IMG/VR virus record: IMGVR_UViG_3300032373_000005
Source of the DNA: an uncultured virus (IMG/VR IMGVR_UViG_3300032373_000005)
Taxonomy: Duplodnaviria; Heunggongvirae; Uroviricota; Caudoviricetes
DNA: 64,000 nucleotides
Direction: 5' to 3' (one strand)
The first letter of the stretch is position 1; each line of letters starts with the position of its first letter. Both the position numbers and the translations under genes were made by a program. This document shows positions 29,608 to 39,769 of the stretch, piece by piece. The notes below the pieces were generated by a model, which searched no databases, was not told where the DNA came from, and saw nothing but the letters and a program-made list of their open reading frames with translations.

Positions 29608-30275
29608 TGCCCATCTACGAGTACCGCTGTACCGCCGAGAGCTGCGGCTGCTGGCAGGCCACCTTCCGCAAGCAGTCCACCCGAGACACCGGCGCGCCGG
29701 CCTGCCTGGAGTGTGGCAGTCCCTCCGTCCGCGGCATCTTCGGCGAGCTGGCCCACACCAAGGCGCCGCCGCTCGCTGGCGTGGTGGAGGAGGAGCCCTT
29801 CGTCAGAGAGCCTGGGCTGCTCGACAAGGCCACCGGGCGCCGCTACCGCCTCTCCGACCGCGTCTGCACCGACGAGTCCTGCGGGCACACCGACGAGACG
29901 GAGGAGGTCTGGCTCGACGATGCGGGCGAGACCGCCGAGCCCAACCCGGTGTGCAGCAAGTGCGGCGGCCTGGCACGCTGGGAAGCCATCGCCCCCGCGC
30001 ACAGTCGCTTCTCTGAGGTCTTCCCCTACTTCGATGTCGGCGCCGGGCGGCGGTTCAACAACAAGCGCGAGCGCCGGGACTGGATGCGCGCCAACGGCCT
30101 CGAGGAGGCTGGCGACATGCGCGATGTCTGCGCCCGCGCCGCCAGGGCGATGGACGATGAGGACCGCCAGATCGTCGAAGCCTTCGAGCGCGACCAGGAC
30201 GAAGCACGCCACCACGCCGACACCCGCCGGGTCTACGCCGAGCTCGCGGCGTCGGGCCGCATCACCACAGGCTGA
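29607..30275 (+). CDS. FmdB-like zinc-ribbon protein (two ribbons)
   Basis: MPIYEYRC...C...C..CG and a second C..C/C..C. Confidence 0.7.
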   Translation: MPIYEYRCTAESCGCWQATFRKQSTRDTGAPACLECGSPSVRGIFGELAHTKAPPLAGVVEEEPFVREPGLLDKATGRRYRLSDRVCTDESCGHTDETEEVWLDDAGETAEPNPVCSKCGGLARWEAIAPAHSRFSEVFPYFDVGAGRRFNNKRERRDWMRANGLEEAGDMRDVCARAARAMDDEDRQIVEAFERDQDEARHHADTRRVYAELAASGRITTG

Positions 30276-30278
30276 ACC

Positions 30279-31016
30279 ATGACGATCTTCATAGTCTTTG
30301 ATGTCGAGAGCCTCGGACTGCACGGCGAGGGCTGGCAGGTTGGCTACGTGGTTGTCGGTGAGGATGGGCAGGAGTTCGAGCACGGCTCTTTCGAGTGCCA
30401 GCCGGGCGAGGCTGCTGGGTTTGGAAACCAGGGGCAGATCGCCGAGGACCGGGCCTGGGTGGCTGAACATTGCCGGCCCCATGTTCACCTCTTCGACTGC
30501 AAGAATCCCGCCGAAGTGCGCGCAAAATTCTGGGCGCGCTGGCTGCACTGGAAGGAGCAGGGCGCCCGGTTGGCCGCGGATGTCTGCTGGCCTGTCGAGA
30601 CCGGCTTCCTCACCGCCTGCATCCAAGACCACGGCGACCCGTGGGCAGGCCCCTACCCGCTCATCGACATCGCCAGCGTGCGCCTGGCGGTGGGTCTTGA
30701 CCCGCTGGCTACCGTCGAGCGGCTGCCCAACGAGCTGCCCGCCCACAACGCGCTCGCAGACGCACGCCAGTCTGCCCGCTTGCTGTTGGAGGCGTTGGTG
30801 CTGGGCCGGCCGCGGAGGTGGTGCGACACCCCTTGCCGGTTCGCAGCCCCCCTGGGTCAAGGCCGCGCCTGCCACCGCTACAGGCTGGAACCCGCCACAT
30901 CCCCGGATCTTATCGGGCAGATCCAAGCCTGGATCTCGACGCTCGACGGAATCGTCGCCACCCCCAGCCTCATCCTCAACGACTGCCCAGGCTTCGAGCC
31001 GGTCGGTCCCCTGTAG
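30279..31016 (+). CDS. DEDDh-type 3'-5' exonuclease-like protein
   Basis: FDVESLGL and HNALADAR. Confidence 0.7.
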   Translation: MTIFIVFDVESLGLHGEGWQVGYVVVGEDGQEFEHGSFECQPGEAAGFGNQGQIAEDRAWVAEHCRPHVHLFDCKNPAEVRAKFWARWLHWKEQGARLAADVCWPVETGFLTACIQDHGDPWAGPYPLIDIASVRLAVGLDPLATVERLPNELPAHNALADARQSARLLLEALVLGRPRRWCDTPCRFAAPLGQGRACHRYRLEPATSPDLIGQIQAWISTLDGIVATPSLILNDCPGFEPVGPL

Positions 31017-31066
31017 GAGACTCCGATGAACGCACGCGAGCGTCACTCTCTCCTGAGCGCCCTGGC

Positions 31067-31390
31067 ATGATGACCAACGGCGTCCACCCAGTCCCCTACG
31101 CCCGCCTGGACCCTGGTGTGCGCGAGTTGGTCCGCGCCCTCACCGAGAACGGCTACCGCACCACCGACAGCGGCGACGGGGTGAGCAAGCCCCCAGCGGG
31201 CCGCATGTTCGAGTTCCCGCACGTCTTCATGGCGACGACGCCGGCTTCCCTGGTCGCCGAGTCCGATCGCCTCCAGGGGCTGCTCGCCGCCCTCAACTGC
31301 GAGGGTTGGACCGTCGAGGCGACGTACCGCCCCGGCGAGCCCGGCATGATCGGACTGCTCGACCTGCGAGCCCTGAAGCCGCCCCCGTGA
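31067..31390 (+). CDS. hypothetical protein
   Basis: LDPGVRELVRAL..NGY.TTDSGDG; natural composition. Confidence 0.55.
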   Translation: MMTNGVHPVPYARLDPGVRELVRALTENGYRTTDSGDGVSKPPAGRMFEFPHVFMATTPASLVAESDRLQGLLAALNCEGWTVEATYRPGEPGMIGLLDLRALKPPP

Positions 31391-31438
31391 CCGACCACGA
31401 CAGCCTCGAAAAACCTCCTCCTCCCCACGGAGACGACC

Positions 31439-32107
31439 ATGCAGACACCGATGCCTCCAGCCCCGCCCCAGGGCGGCGCACCCATGCCCATGCCTGCGGA
31501 CCCGATGGCAGGCGGCCCACCCCCGGCAACTGCTGACGACGTGATGGCAGCCCAGCAGGAAGCCGACGCCGCATCCGCTGCCGGCCAGCAGTCCGACGCG
31601 CCGGTCCCCGACGAGTCGATCCCCCTCGACGACGTGGAGTTCGTCGTCACCGCCATCAACGACGTGGTCGGTGCCGTCAACAAGGTCATCGGCGAGGACG
31701 CCGTGCCGCCGCTGCCGTGGAAGAAGGACTTCGAGGCCGACCCTGGCCTGGCCGAGAGCCTCCCAGGCATGGCCGCCCTGGTCGGCATGAAGAACCTCGA
31801 CACCGCCTGGCCCGGCCCCATCTGGGGCGCGGCGAAGCTGCTGTCGACGGCGCCGGCCCAGATCGACGGCGGCAAGCACAAGGCGCTCGCCTTCGACGCG
31901 GCGGAGCTGCTCCGCACCAAGGGCGGCACCAAGTCCGCCGCGGCCAAGCTCAAGCGGATCGCCAAGAGCAAGCCGCTGATCAAGGCGCTGGCCGCCGCCG
32001 AGCAGGGGCCGCCCGTCCCCGAGAACCTCCCGCCGGTCTCGCCGGCCGGCCCTGCCCCCATCGGCTCAGACCTCGCCGACGACGACCCGCTGCTGGCTGC
32101 CGTGTAG
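31439..32107 (+). CDS. hypothetical head-module protein
   Basis: GGAG SD; strong codon bias. Confidence 0.7.
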   Translation: MQTPMPPAPPQGGAPMPMPADPMAGGPPPATADDVMAAQQEADAASAAGQQSDAPVPDESIPLDDVEFVVTAINDVVGAVNKVIGEDAVPPLPWKKDFEADPGLAESLPGMAALVGMKNLDTAWPGPIWGAAKLLSTAPAQIDGGKHKALAFDAAELLRTKGGTKSAAAKLKRIAKSKPLIKALAAAEQGPPVPENLPPVSPAGPAPIGSDLADDDPLLAAV

Positions 32108-32131
32108 CCGTCCAGGCCCAGCCCACTACCC

Positions 32132-32168
32132 AGGAGGAGGAGCCCAACCGCTCCTCCTCCTTTGTTTT
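32132..32168 (+). terminator. intrinsic terminator
   Basis: 12-bp stem AGGAGGAGGAGC/GCTCCTCCTCCT, 6-nt loop, then TTGTTTT. Confidence 0.75.
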
Positions 32169-32268
32169 GGGTCGTCCCTGACTCTACCCAACACACCCAC
32201 CGGGTAACCATCCCCCGCTGCCACCGGGCTTTCCCTCCTATTCGTTCAGAACATAGGAGGGAGCCAAC

Positions 32269-33261
32269 GTGCCAGCCAACGAAGAGAGGGACGATCTCGA
32301 CGACATCCTGCTCGGAGACGACGAGCCTGAGCAGGAAGCCGACGACGCGGCAGACCTCGCCGCAGACGACGCGCCCAAGGCAGGGACCGACGACACGGCA
32401 GACCTCGCCGCAGATGATGCGGCCGAGGGCGCCACACAGCAGCGCTCTGGCGACCTCGACCAGACCCTGGAGCGGCTGGGCGAGCTGCTGGGCGAGGCGG
32501 GCGACGAAGACCCAGGGGATCTGGCGAACATCACGCCGCAGATGGTGGCGCGCATGAGCCCGCTGGGCCGCGTCGCCCTGCGCAGGGCGCTCAAGGCCCG
32601 CGCCGACACCCGCGCCGCAGTGGCGACCGAGCGAGAGCAGATCGAGGCCGACCGGAAGACTGCCGAGGACGCCATCGCGGCGAAGCGGCAGGAGATCGAG
32701 AAGCTGCAGGCCAACGCCGCCAAGCTGTTCGGCAATCAGGCGTACATCGACAAGCTGAAGACCGCCGCGGCCGACAAGATCAGCGACGACGACCTCTCGA
32801 CGCCCGAGGGCATCCGGCGCGAGGCTGCCAAGCAGGCCGCCCAGCAGACGCTGGAGCTGAACAAAGACGCCATCGAGGCGGCGCAGAAGATCCGGGCGCG
32901 TCGGCGGGTGACTGAGATCACCCGCGAGTTCGAGGAGTGGAAGGATCCAGCCTTCCAGAAGCGCGTCACCGACGCCATCGTAAAGGCGCAAGTGGCCGGC
33001 GAGGAGACCTCGGGCCGGCTCCGAGAGTTCATTCTCCGACAGGCCCGCGCTGACCGCATCGCACGCGACGAGAAGCGGCGAGCTGACCGACGCAAGCGGG
33101 CGGCAAAGAGCAACAAGCACGTCAACCGGCGCTCGACGAGCACGGCGGCGCAGCCTGACACCTCGATCTTCGACGGCCTCTTCGGCGGCGATCTGATCCA
33201 GGCCCAGCGAGACAACCCCAAAGCAGCGGCGCGCTGGAAAAAACTCAAGCGCGCACGCTGA
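32269..33261 (+). CDS. putative capsid scaffolding protein
   Basis: Acidic N-terminus, long coiled coil, directly before the capsid gene; AGGAGG SD. Confidence 0.6.
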   Translation: MPANEERDDLDDILLGDDEPEQEADDAADLAADDAPKAGTDDTADLAADDAAEGATQQRSGDLDQTLERLGELLGEAGDEDPGDLANITPQMVARMSPLGRVALRRALKARADTRAAVATEREQIEADRKTAEDAIAAKRQEIEKLQANAAKLFGNQAYIDKLKTAAADKISDDDLSTPEGIRREAAKQAAQQTLELNKDAIEAAQKIRARRRVTEITREFEEWKDPAFQKRVTDAIVKAQVAGEETSGRLREFILRQARADRIARDEKRRADRRKRAAKSNKHVNRRSTSTAAQPDTSIFDGLFGGDLIQAQRDNPKAAARWKKLKRAR

Positions 33262-33285
33262 CCCGATCACCCACAGGAGGCCGAA

Positions 33286-34359
33286 GTGTCGACCTTGAAC
33301 CTTGAACTTCTGGCAGACGAGATCAGCTCCGTCGCCATCCAGCGCGCGGACAAGGTCCGAGACGGCCAGCACCAGAAGCTGCCCTACCTCGAGGGCCTCG
33401 AGAGCGTCCACGGAAAGGGCAAGCCCAACTTCGACGGCGCTGAGAAGATCACGCAGACCGTCGACTATGCTGACCACTCCCAGGCCACCGACCAGACCGG
33501 TAGCCGGGGCTTCAAAGCGTACAACCTGACGACCCGGAAGACCGAAGCCACGATGGTCTTCACCCCGGCGTTTGTCGGCATCCCCATCGTCATCTCCGTT
33601 GTGGAGATGGAGCTCAACGGCAAGCGGGGCGGCAACCAGATCCACAACAAGGCCGACACGCGCACGAAGAACGCGATGCGCTACGCCATGCGGACCTGGC
33701 ACAAGCAGCTCGTCCAGGGCGGCCAGCCCGGCTTCACCTCCTGGGGCACCCTCAACGGCACCGACTACGCCACCGGCATCATCGAGGAAGACGCCAACGG
33801 CGCGCAGGGCAACGTCCTGGGCGGCCTGGACAAGAGCGGCTACCTCACCGTCCCCTCGATGCAGAACCAGCTCTACGACCTCGACAACTCTGTCGGCCAG
33901 AACGGTCGGCTGGCGATCACCAAGATGCTCAACCGCATCGAGGAGTACAGCGAGGCGGACGCCTCTGACTGCATCGGTCTCGCCACCGAGGAGGGCCTCG
34001 CCAACCTCTCGATGGTCATGGCACCGCACATGCGCTACGCGCCGGCACAGTCGGGCGGCGGCGTCGAGCTGGCTGGCCCCGCCGTCACCATCCTCGGCCG
34101 CAAGGTCCGGCAGAGCAGCCACATGCCCACCGCCGGCACCAACACCACCGCCTCACCGTGGTCGGCGCTGTGGCTGAACTGCGCGGACATCCGCCCGTGC
34201 TGGCTCAAGAACAACCTCGACGGCTTCTTCGGGCTGACCGACTTCGAGGCCCACGGCGGCGACCGGCGCGTCCTCGTCGCGTTCATCGACGTGAACGGCT
34301 ACATGCACACCGCCGCGCTGAACACCAGCGGCCTGCTCATCAAGGGGCAGTCCTTCTAA
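33286..34359 (+). CDS. major capsid protein
   Basis: 357 aa after the scaffold; GAEKI...V.Y and LGGLD.....QNQ typical of podovirus HK97-fold capsids; AGGAGG SD. Confidence 0.7.
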   Translation: MSTLNLELLADEISSVAIQRADKVRDGQHQKLPYLEGLESVHGKGKPNFDGAEKITQTVDYADHSQATDQTGSRGFKAYNLTTRKTEATMVFTPAFVGIPIVISVVEMELNGKRGGNQIHNKADTRTKNAMRYAMRTWHKQLVQGGQPGFTSWGTLNGTDYATGIIEEDANGAQGNVLGGLDKSGYLTVPSMQNQLYDLDNSVGQNGRLAITKMLNRIEEYSEADASDCIGLATEEGLANLSMVMAPHMRYAPAQSGGGVELAGPAVTILGRKVRQSSHMPTAGTNTTASPWSALWLNCADIRPCWLKNNLDGFFGLTDFEAHGGDRRVLVAFIDVNGYMHTAALNTSGLLIKGQSF

Positions 34360-34410
34360 GCCTGGTCGAAAGACCTCCTCCTCCTCCATCTCTACGCATA
34401 GGAGCCCCCA

Positions 34411-34914
34411 ATGGGCGCACCCATCGTTATCGACCAGGCTCTCGCCGCCAACGCTGGCTCGGACGACATCATCATCCCGATGTACGCCACCGGCACCGGC
34501 TCCGCGAAGGACGTGGTCTGCCAGGATCTCACTGCATCCGTCGTCACCGACTACAACTACGAGGCTGTCAAGCAGCTCCCCCACACCGAAGCCGCCAACG
34601 ACGAAGCCCACGTCGTCGGCGTGGCGCTGGAGGCATGGACCGAGGCGGGCTGGATTCAGGTTCAGGTCCAGGGCATCGTCCACGGTGTCGCCTGCGCCTC
34701 TGGCGTGGCTGCTGGAGACAAGCTCATCGCCGACTTCGACACCTCCAACGCGGGCCGTTGCGGCGCGATCCACGACGAGGTGCCCGGCTCGGACACCTTC
34801 ACCACCGCCGCTGCGCAGCTCTACACCAACGCGGTGCAGCTCGGCGTGGCGCTGAGCGCGGCAGCCTCCAACACCTGCTCGGCGCGGCTGACCAACCCGC
34901 AGGGTCTCTCCTGA
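34411..34914 (+). CDS. capsid decoration/cement protein
   Basis: VVGVA....GWIQVQVQG, GDKL, LGVAL; follows the capsid gene. Confidence 0.6.
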   Translation: MGAPIVIDQALAANAGSDDIIIPMYATGTGSAKDVVCQDLTASVVTDYNYEAVKQLPHTEAANDEAHVVGVALEAWTEAGWIQVQVQGIVHGVACASGVAAGDKLIADFDTSNAGRCGAIHDEVPGSDTFTTAAAQLYTNAVQLGVALSAAASNTCSARLTNPQGLS

Positions 34915-34948
34915 GCCTTCCCTCTTGACGGCTCCGTGCCGCACCCTC

Positions 34949-35008
34949 GCGTCCCCGTGCGGCTCCTCGGCTCCCTCCTTTGAGCCAGCCGCACGGGGAC
35001 GCACTTTT
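34949..35008 (+). terminator. long hairpin, probable terminator after the capsid genes
   Basis: GCGTCCCCGTGCGGCT pairs with AGCCGCACGGGGACGC, then ACTTTT. Confidence 0.6.
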
Positions 35009-35019
35009 GTGAGGCTGCC

Positions 35020-36339
35020 ATGCCCGCTGACAACACGCTCAAGGCGATGATCCAGACCGTCCACGACGAGCTGGCCTTCAACCCCAAGGCGAAGAAGTAC
35101 AAGAACGCCGTGCGGGGCAAGATCCAGCGGGCCTACGACGAGCTCGTCGCGAAGAAGCCGTGGCTGTTCGCGCAGCGGGAAGACACCCTCCTCCTCCTCG
35201 CCGAGGTCGAGGGCTCCTCGGCGCTGCGGCTGCTCATCGACACCGCGACCAACGCCCGCCTGGTCACCGTGGACGGCTCATCGACGAGCGCGCTGCTGGC
35301 GTCATGGGTGGGCGCGACCTTTACCCACGCAGACGGATCGACCGCCACCATCGGGCGCGTCGACACCACCGCCAACACGATGTACCTCGACACGACGATG
35401 TCGGCCGACATGGACTCGTCGAACTACGAGAGCTGGTCGGTCAAGCAGGAGCGCATCCTGCTGCCGGCAGACTGCGTGGAGGTGCTCGGCCACATGGACC
35501 GCAGCCAGGGCGGCGCGGGCCGGATCAAGTCCATCGCGCGGCGCACCGAGGAGCGGGCGCACATGGACCGGGACACCACCGGCACCCCGGCCTACAAGGT
35601 CGAGGACGACTGGCTGACGCTGGAGGCGCCGCTGGTCGCGCCGACGCTGACGGCGACCGCGACCGCCTCGACGCTGCCGGTGCGGACCTGGGCGTACTGC
35701 TACACGCTCGTGTGGGCCGGCCGGGAGTCGGCCCCCTCGCCGCACGCCGAGGTCACCACGACAACCGGCAACGAGACGGTCCAGCTCTCCGCCCTCGACG
35801 AGGTCCGGTGGTACGCCGCCGGCAGCCCTCTGGCCAGCGGCTGGTTGCGCCGGATCTACCGCCGCGATGTCACCAACGACGGCCCCTGGCTGCGCATCGC
35901 CGACATCGCCAGCACAGCGACCACCCACGACGACTCCGCCTTCATCGGTGACTACGCCGCCAGCCGGGCAGAGATGACCCGCCTGAGCATCCCGTCGAGC
36001 TGGCGCACGTTCCGCCCGTGGTCGGTGCCCGACGCCGACACCACCTGGCACATCCGCTACCGCGTCAAGCCCGCGCCCCTGGTGGGCGACACCGACGTGC
36101 CCATCATCCCGGCGCCGTTCCACAACGTCATCGTCTATCAGGTGCTCGCCGACCTGCTGACCGGCTCGGAGTCGGCGAAGTTTCAGGTGCGCCACCGCGA
36201 CCAGCTCAAGATCCTCGAGGACAAGTTCCTCACCCCCGACGACGAGACCCAGCAGGTGGAGTCGTGGCTGCCCGACATGACCAACGGCCGCTACCCCACC
36301 GCCGCGGAGCGCCACCTCGGCGCCCCCTCGGTCACCTGA
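35020..36339 (+). CDS. putative head-tail adaptor with inserted beta domain
   Basis: KPWLF, LPAD, WSVPD...IRY and D.PIIP..FH motifs; position. Confidence 0.6.
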   Translation: MPADNTLKAMIQTVHDELAFNPKAKKYKNAVRGKIQRAYDELVAKKPWLFAQREDTLLLLAEVEGSSALRLLIDTATNARLVTVDGSSTSALLASWVGATFTHADGSTATIGRVDTTANTMYLDTTMSADMDSSNYESWSVKQERILLPADCVEVLGHMDRSQGGAGRIKSIARRTEERAHMDRDTTGTPAYKVEDDWLTLEAPLVAPTLTATATASTLPVRTWAYCYTLVWAGRESAPSPHAEVTTTTGNETVQLSALDEVRWYAAGSPLASGWLRRIYRRDVTNDGPWLRIADIASTATTHDDSAFIGDYAASRAEMTRLSIPSSWRTFRPWSVPDADTTWHIRYRVKPAPLVGDTDVPIIPAPFHNVIVYQVLADLLTGSESAKFQVRHRDQLKILEDKFLTPDDETQQVESWLPDMTNGRYPTAAERHLGAPSVT

Positions 36340-36352
36340 GCAGGAGGAGGAG

Positions 36353-38500
36353 GTGCAGAACAAGCACAACCGCCAGCGGTTCGTCATCCAGCCCCTGCGC
36401 GGCATGGACGAGCGCCACCGCCCGCCCCAGCCCAACCGGGCGCGGCTCGTCCGCGACATGACCTGGGTAGAGGATGCCTGGCGGGAGGCCGGCGCCTTCC
36501 AGCAGATCCTGCCCAACGACGATGTCGGCAACCCGATGGCTGGAGCTGGCCGCATCCACTCCTTGCACTGGTTCGCCCGACACACCGGCGGCCGGCAGTA
36601 TCTGGTCTACGGCGACGACGACGGCAACCTGAGACAGTTCGTCGGCAACGGCGCCAACCCCTACTACGACCTCGTCGACGCCAACCACAGCGGGCTGACC
36701 ACGCAGCACACGTCGACCGCCCCGTGGTGGGGCACCATCGCCGCACCCTACGGCGGCCGGCTGTACCTCATCAACGGCTACGACCAGCCGCTGGTGTTCA
36801 ACGGCCGCTTCTGCGATCGGGTCGGCTTCGACAACCCTGCGCCCGCTCCGGAGTGGGACACCGTCGACCGCACCGGCGGCAGTGACCCGCTGACCACCGG
36901 CAACGGCAGCATCGGCCTGGGCCTGGGCATCCGCAATCTCAGCGGCGAGGCGGCCCGATCCGGCTACCGCTACAAGGTCACCTTCGTCAACGAGCGCGGC
37001 CAGGAGTCGCCCGCCTCTGGCGACGGCGCCATCGTCACCTTCACCAACCCCAACGCCAGCCCGCGCGAGGGCCACACGCAGGTGCTGTGGCTCGACCTGC
37101 CGCTGGGCGGACCCAACACCGTCGCCCGCCGCGTCTACCGCACCCAGACCGTCTACGGCTCCGACGATCAAGTGCTCTCCCGCGGCCTGGGCGAGCAGTA
37201 TTACTTCCTCGCCGAGATTCAGGACAACGAGACCACCCATTACATGGACTGGAAGCCTGATGTCAGCCTGGGCAGCGTGCTCGACGAGGATGCCCTCGGG
37301 GCGTTCCCGATGAACGGCCGGATCATGGCGACGTTCAAGAACACCGCGTTTATCGCCTCTGGCACGACGACGGCGCGGCTGCACTTCTCGGCGCCGCGCC
37401 GGCCCGAGGTCTACCCGCTCGACAACCACTTCGATCTCAACGACGACATCGCTGGCGACTTCACCGCGCTCTACCCGACCAAGAACGCCTTGGTGGTCTT
37501 CAAGCGGCGCGGCATCTACCTCATCAAGGGCGACCCCAGCAACGGCTTCTTCGCCCAGACGTTGTCGCGCGGTGTGGGCTGCGCCAACCCGAAGACCATC
37601 TCAGAGATCCCCGGCCAGGGCGTGGCCTTCCTCGCCCCAGACGGCTCGATCCACCTGCTGGCAGGCGCGCTGGAGAACACGGGCACGCCCACCAAGACGG
37701 TCAAGCTGTCCACGCCGATCCCGCGGCAGCGCGGGCGCCTCAACCTCTCCGCCCTCGACAACGCCCGCAGCGGGATGCACTGCCGCTTCAACGAGTACAT
37801 CCTCTCGGTGCCCACCCACGGCGGCATCGAGAACGAACTTCAGCTCGTCTACCACTACGAGATCGGCGAGTGGTCGATCCGCGAGGGCATCCCCGCGTCA
37901 GCGATGGCGCAGACCGGCGGCCACCGCGGCTACCTCATCTTCGGCAGTTCCGACACTGCGACCCACCCCGGCCTCTACATCACCAACCACGGCTACACCG
38001 ACAAGCACGGCACCGCGCTGTCGACGTGGTACGAGACGGTCGACTGGAGCCTGGGCAGCCAGTTTACCCACGTCGAGCTGCTGTCGGTACATGCCGAGAC
38101 GCTCGGCTATGGCAACGGCGAGCTGCGCCTCAACTTCGTCGCCAACCGCCAGATGGCTGCCTACTACGACGCCGACACGCACGAGGACGGCCTGGCCCAC
38201 CTCGCGCACCCCATGCAGCACGTCTACGAGGACGAGGACGAAGGCGCCGACGACGACCTGCTGCTGCCCCACTACGGCACCGCGGTCTGGGGCACGGGCA
38301 CCTGGGCGGAGCACCGCCCGGTCGTCGTGCCCTTCGACATCTCCAACTTCGACGCCCCGCCGGTGCGCGAGGTCCGCCTGCAGCTCTGGCCTGGCAGCCG
38401 CCGCATCGAGCTGTCGGCGTTGGAGATCAGCGTGGACGGCATGGGCAAGGCGGCCCGCGCGGTTCCGCTGAGCAAAAACTACGGGCCGGGCACCAGATGA
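36353..38500 (+). CDS. putative tail nozzle / stabilisation protein
   Basis: Beta-propeller-like (RLHFS, LVVFK..IY.I.G, GVGC); position. Confidence 0.65.
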   Translation: MQNKHNRQRFVIQPLRGMDERHRPPQPNRARLVRDMTWVEDAWREAGAFQQILPNDDVGNPMAGAGRIHSLHWFARHTGGRQYLVYGDDDGNLRQFVGNGANPYYDLVDANHSGLTTQHTSTAPWWGTIAAPYGGRLYLINGYDQPLVFNGRFCDRVGFDNPAPAPEWDTVDRTGGSDPLTTGNGSIGLGLGIRNLSGEAARSGYRYKVTFVNERGQESPASGDGAIVTFTNPNASPREGHTQVLWLDLPLGGPNTVARRVYRTQTVYGSDDQVLSRGLGEQYYFLAEIQDNETTHYMDWKPDVSLGSVLDEDALGAFPMNGRIMATFKNTAFIASGTTTARLHFSAPRRPEVYPLDNHFDLNDDIAGDFTALYPTKNALVVFKRRGIYLIKGDPSNGFFAQTLSRGVGCANPKTISEIPGQGVAFLAPDGSIHLLAGALENTGTPTKTVKLSTPIPRQRGRLNLSALDNARSGMHCRFNEYILSVPTHGGIENELQLVYHYEIGEWSIREGIPASAMAQTGGHRGYLIFGSSDTATHPGLYITNHGYTDKHGTALSTWYETVDWSLGSQFTHVELLSVHAETLGYGNGELRLNFVANRQMAAYYDADTHEDGLAHLAHPMQHVYEDEDEGADDDLLLPHYGTAVWGTGTWAEHRPVVVPFDISNFDAPPVREVRLQLWPGSRRIELSALEISVDGMGKAARAVPLSKNYGPGTR

Positions 38501-38539
38501 CCCTGGATTTTTCTCCTCCTCCTCAACGCCGAGGCACGC

Positions 38540-39118
38540 ATGTCCATCCGCGTCCGTGACGCCACACCCGAGAGCGGCGGCGTTGTCGCCCCTGACGATG
38601 TCATGCAGTCGCTGGCGGTGCTGGTCGACGAGCTCAACGGCGGCCTCGACGCCAACAACCTGCCCGAGGAGGGGATCGAGTACGGCATGATCGCGCTCGG
38701 CGCCTTCACCATCATCAACGCCGACGCGCAGACGGGCGCGGTGGCCTTCGGCGCCACGACCACCGAGTGGGTCAGCGAGAACTCCAGCGGCACCGGCATC
38801 AACACCCTGCAGATCACCTGCAACACCGACGCGTTGCTCGAGGTGGAGTGGTCAGGCACCTGGACGCGGTCGACCTTCGGCGACAACGACGCCCTGGCGA
38901 TCCGCATCCTCGTGGACGGCTCGGAGGCGTGCCGGCTGATGCGCAGCTCTGGCCTGCGCGAGCACGACTCCACCTACATCTGCGGCGCCGTGCCCGTCAC
39001 CGCCGGCACGCACACCGTCGCCGTGGAGTGTCGGCAGTGGGCGGTGGGCGGTGGCACGATTGGCCGCAACGACACCTTCAACGAGCGCGAGCTGGTCGCC
39101 ATCGCGCACAAGAGGTAG
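38540..39118 (+). CDS. virion structural protein
   Basis: LNGGLDANNL; beta-rich. Confidence 0.6.
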   Translation: MSIRVRDATPESGGVVAPDDVMQSLAVLVDELNGGLDANNLPEEGIEYGMIALGAFTIINADAQTGAVAFGATTTEWVSENSSGTGINTLQITCNTDALLEVEWSGTWTRSTFGDNDALAIRILVDGSEACRLMRSSGLREHDSTYICGAVPVTAGTHTVAVECRQWAVGGGTIGRNDTFNERELVAIAHKR

Positions 39119-39122
39119 GCAA

Positions 39123-39764
39123 ATGGCCCGCGTAGACTTCCCCGAGATCCAGCCCGGCGACGCCCTCGACCAGACCGTGCTCAACACGGCGGCGACGGCA
39201 CTGCTCACGCAGTCGAGCAACATCGACGGCGACAACGTCCGAGACGGCGGCCTCGACGAGCGCAACTTCGCCGACGAGTCGGTCACCTGGCGGCCGGGCA
39301 CCTCCGTCGCCTTCTACACCACCGGCAGCTCCGCCATCGCCCTCGGCGCCGCGGGCGCCAACCCGATCCAGGTCGGCGGCGCCTACGTGGACTCAGGCCC
39401 CTACGACTACTCCCCGGTCACCCGGCTGGAGAAGCTGCTCGTCAAGCTGTCGCTGCACTACCAGGGCGTCAGCCCCGGCACGCCCGGCGATGCGGAGTTC
39501 ACCTTCCAGCTCGGCTATTCCACCGACTGGAACCCAGCCGGGCCGTCTGGCACCTGGACGATGATCGCTGCCACGAAGAGACGGGTGGCGCTGCGCGGGT
39601 ACGCCACCGCCGGCACGCTGTCGATCACCCACAAGTTTGACCAGACCATCGCCTCCGCCACGCTGTGGTTCGGCCTGTTCGTCTGGGACAACAACGCCGC
39701 CGGCGGCAACGACGCGCTCACCATCGAAGACGCCAGCCTGTACGGCATCATCTACAAGAGGTAG
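39123..39764 (+). CDS. virion structural protein
   Basis: GAGG SD; IDGDNV motif similar to neighbours. Confidence 0.6.
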   Translation: MARVDFPEIQPGDALDQTVLNTAATALLTQSSNIDGDNVRDGGLDERNFADESVTWRPGTSVAFYTTGSSAIALGAAGANPIQVGGAYVDSGPYDYSPVTRLEKLLVKLSLHYQGVSPGTPGDAEFTFQLGYSTDWNPAGPSGTWTMIAATKRRVALRGYATAGTLSITHKFDQTIASATLWFGLFVWDNNAAGGNDALTIEDASLYGIIYKR

Positions 39765-39769
39765 CCACC

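Noticed and set aside
32341..32421. 33-bp duplication in the scaffold N-terminus
   Set aside because: Ordinary in-frame low-complexity duplication (DD.ADLAADDA).
31153..34122. 989-aa minus-strand ORF and similar long antisense ORFs (44514-47159, 59718-62024, 24677-26266)
   Set aside because: These are antisense shadows of GC3-rich genes with no recognisable motifs.
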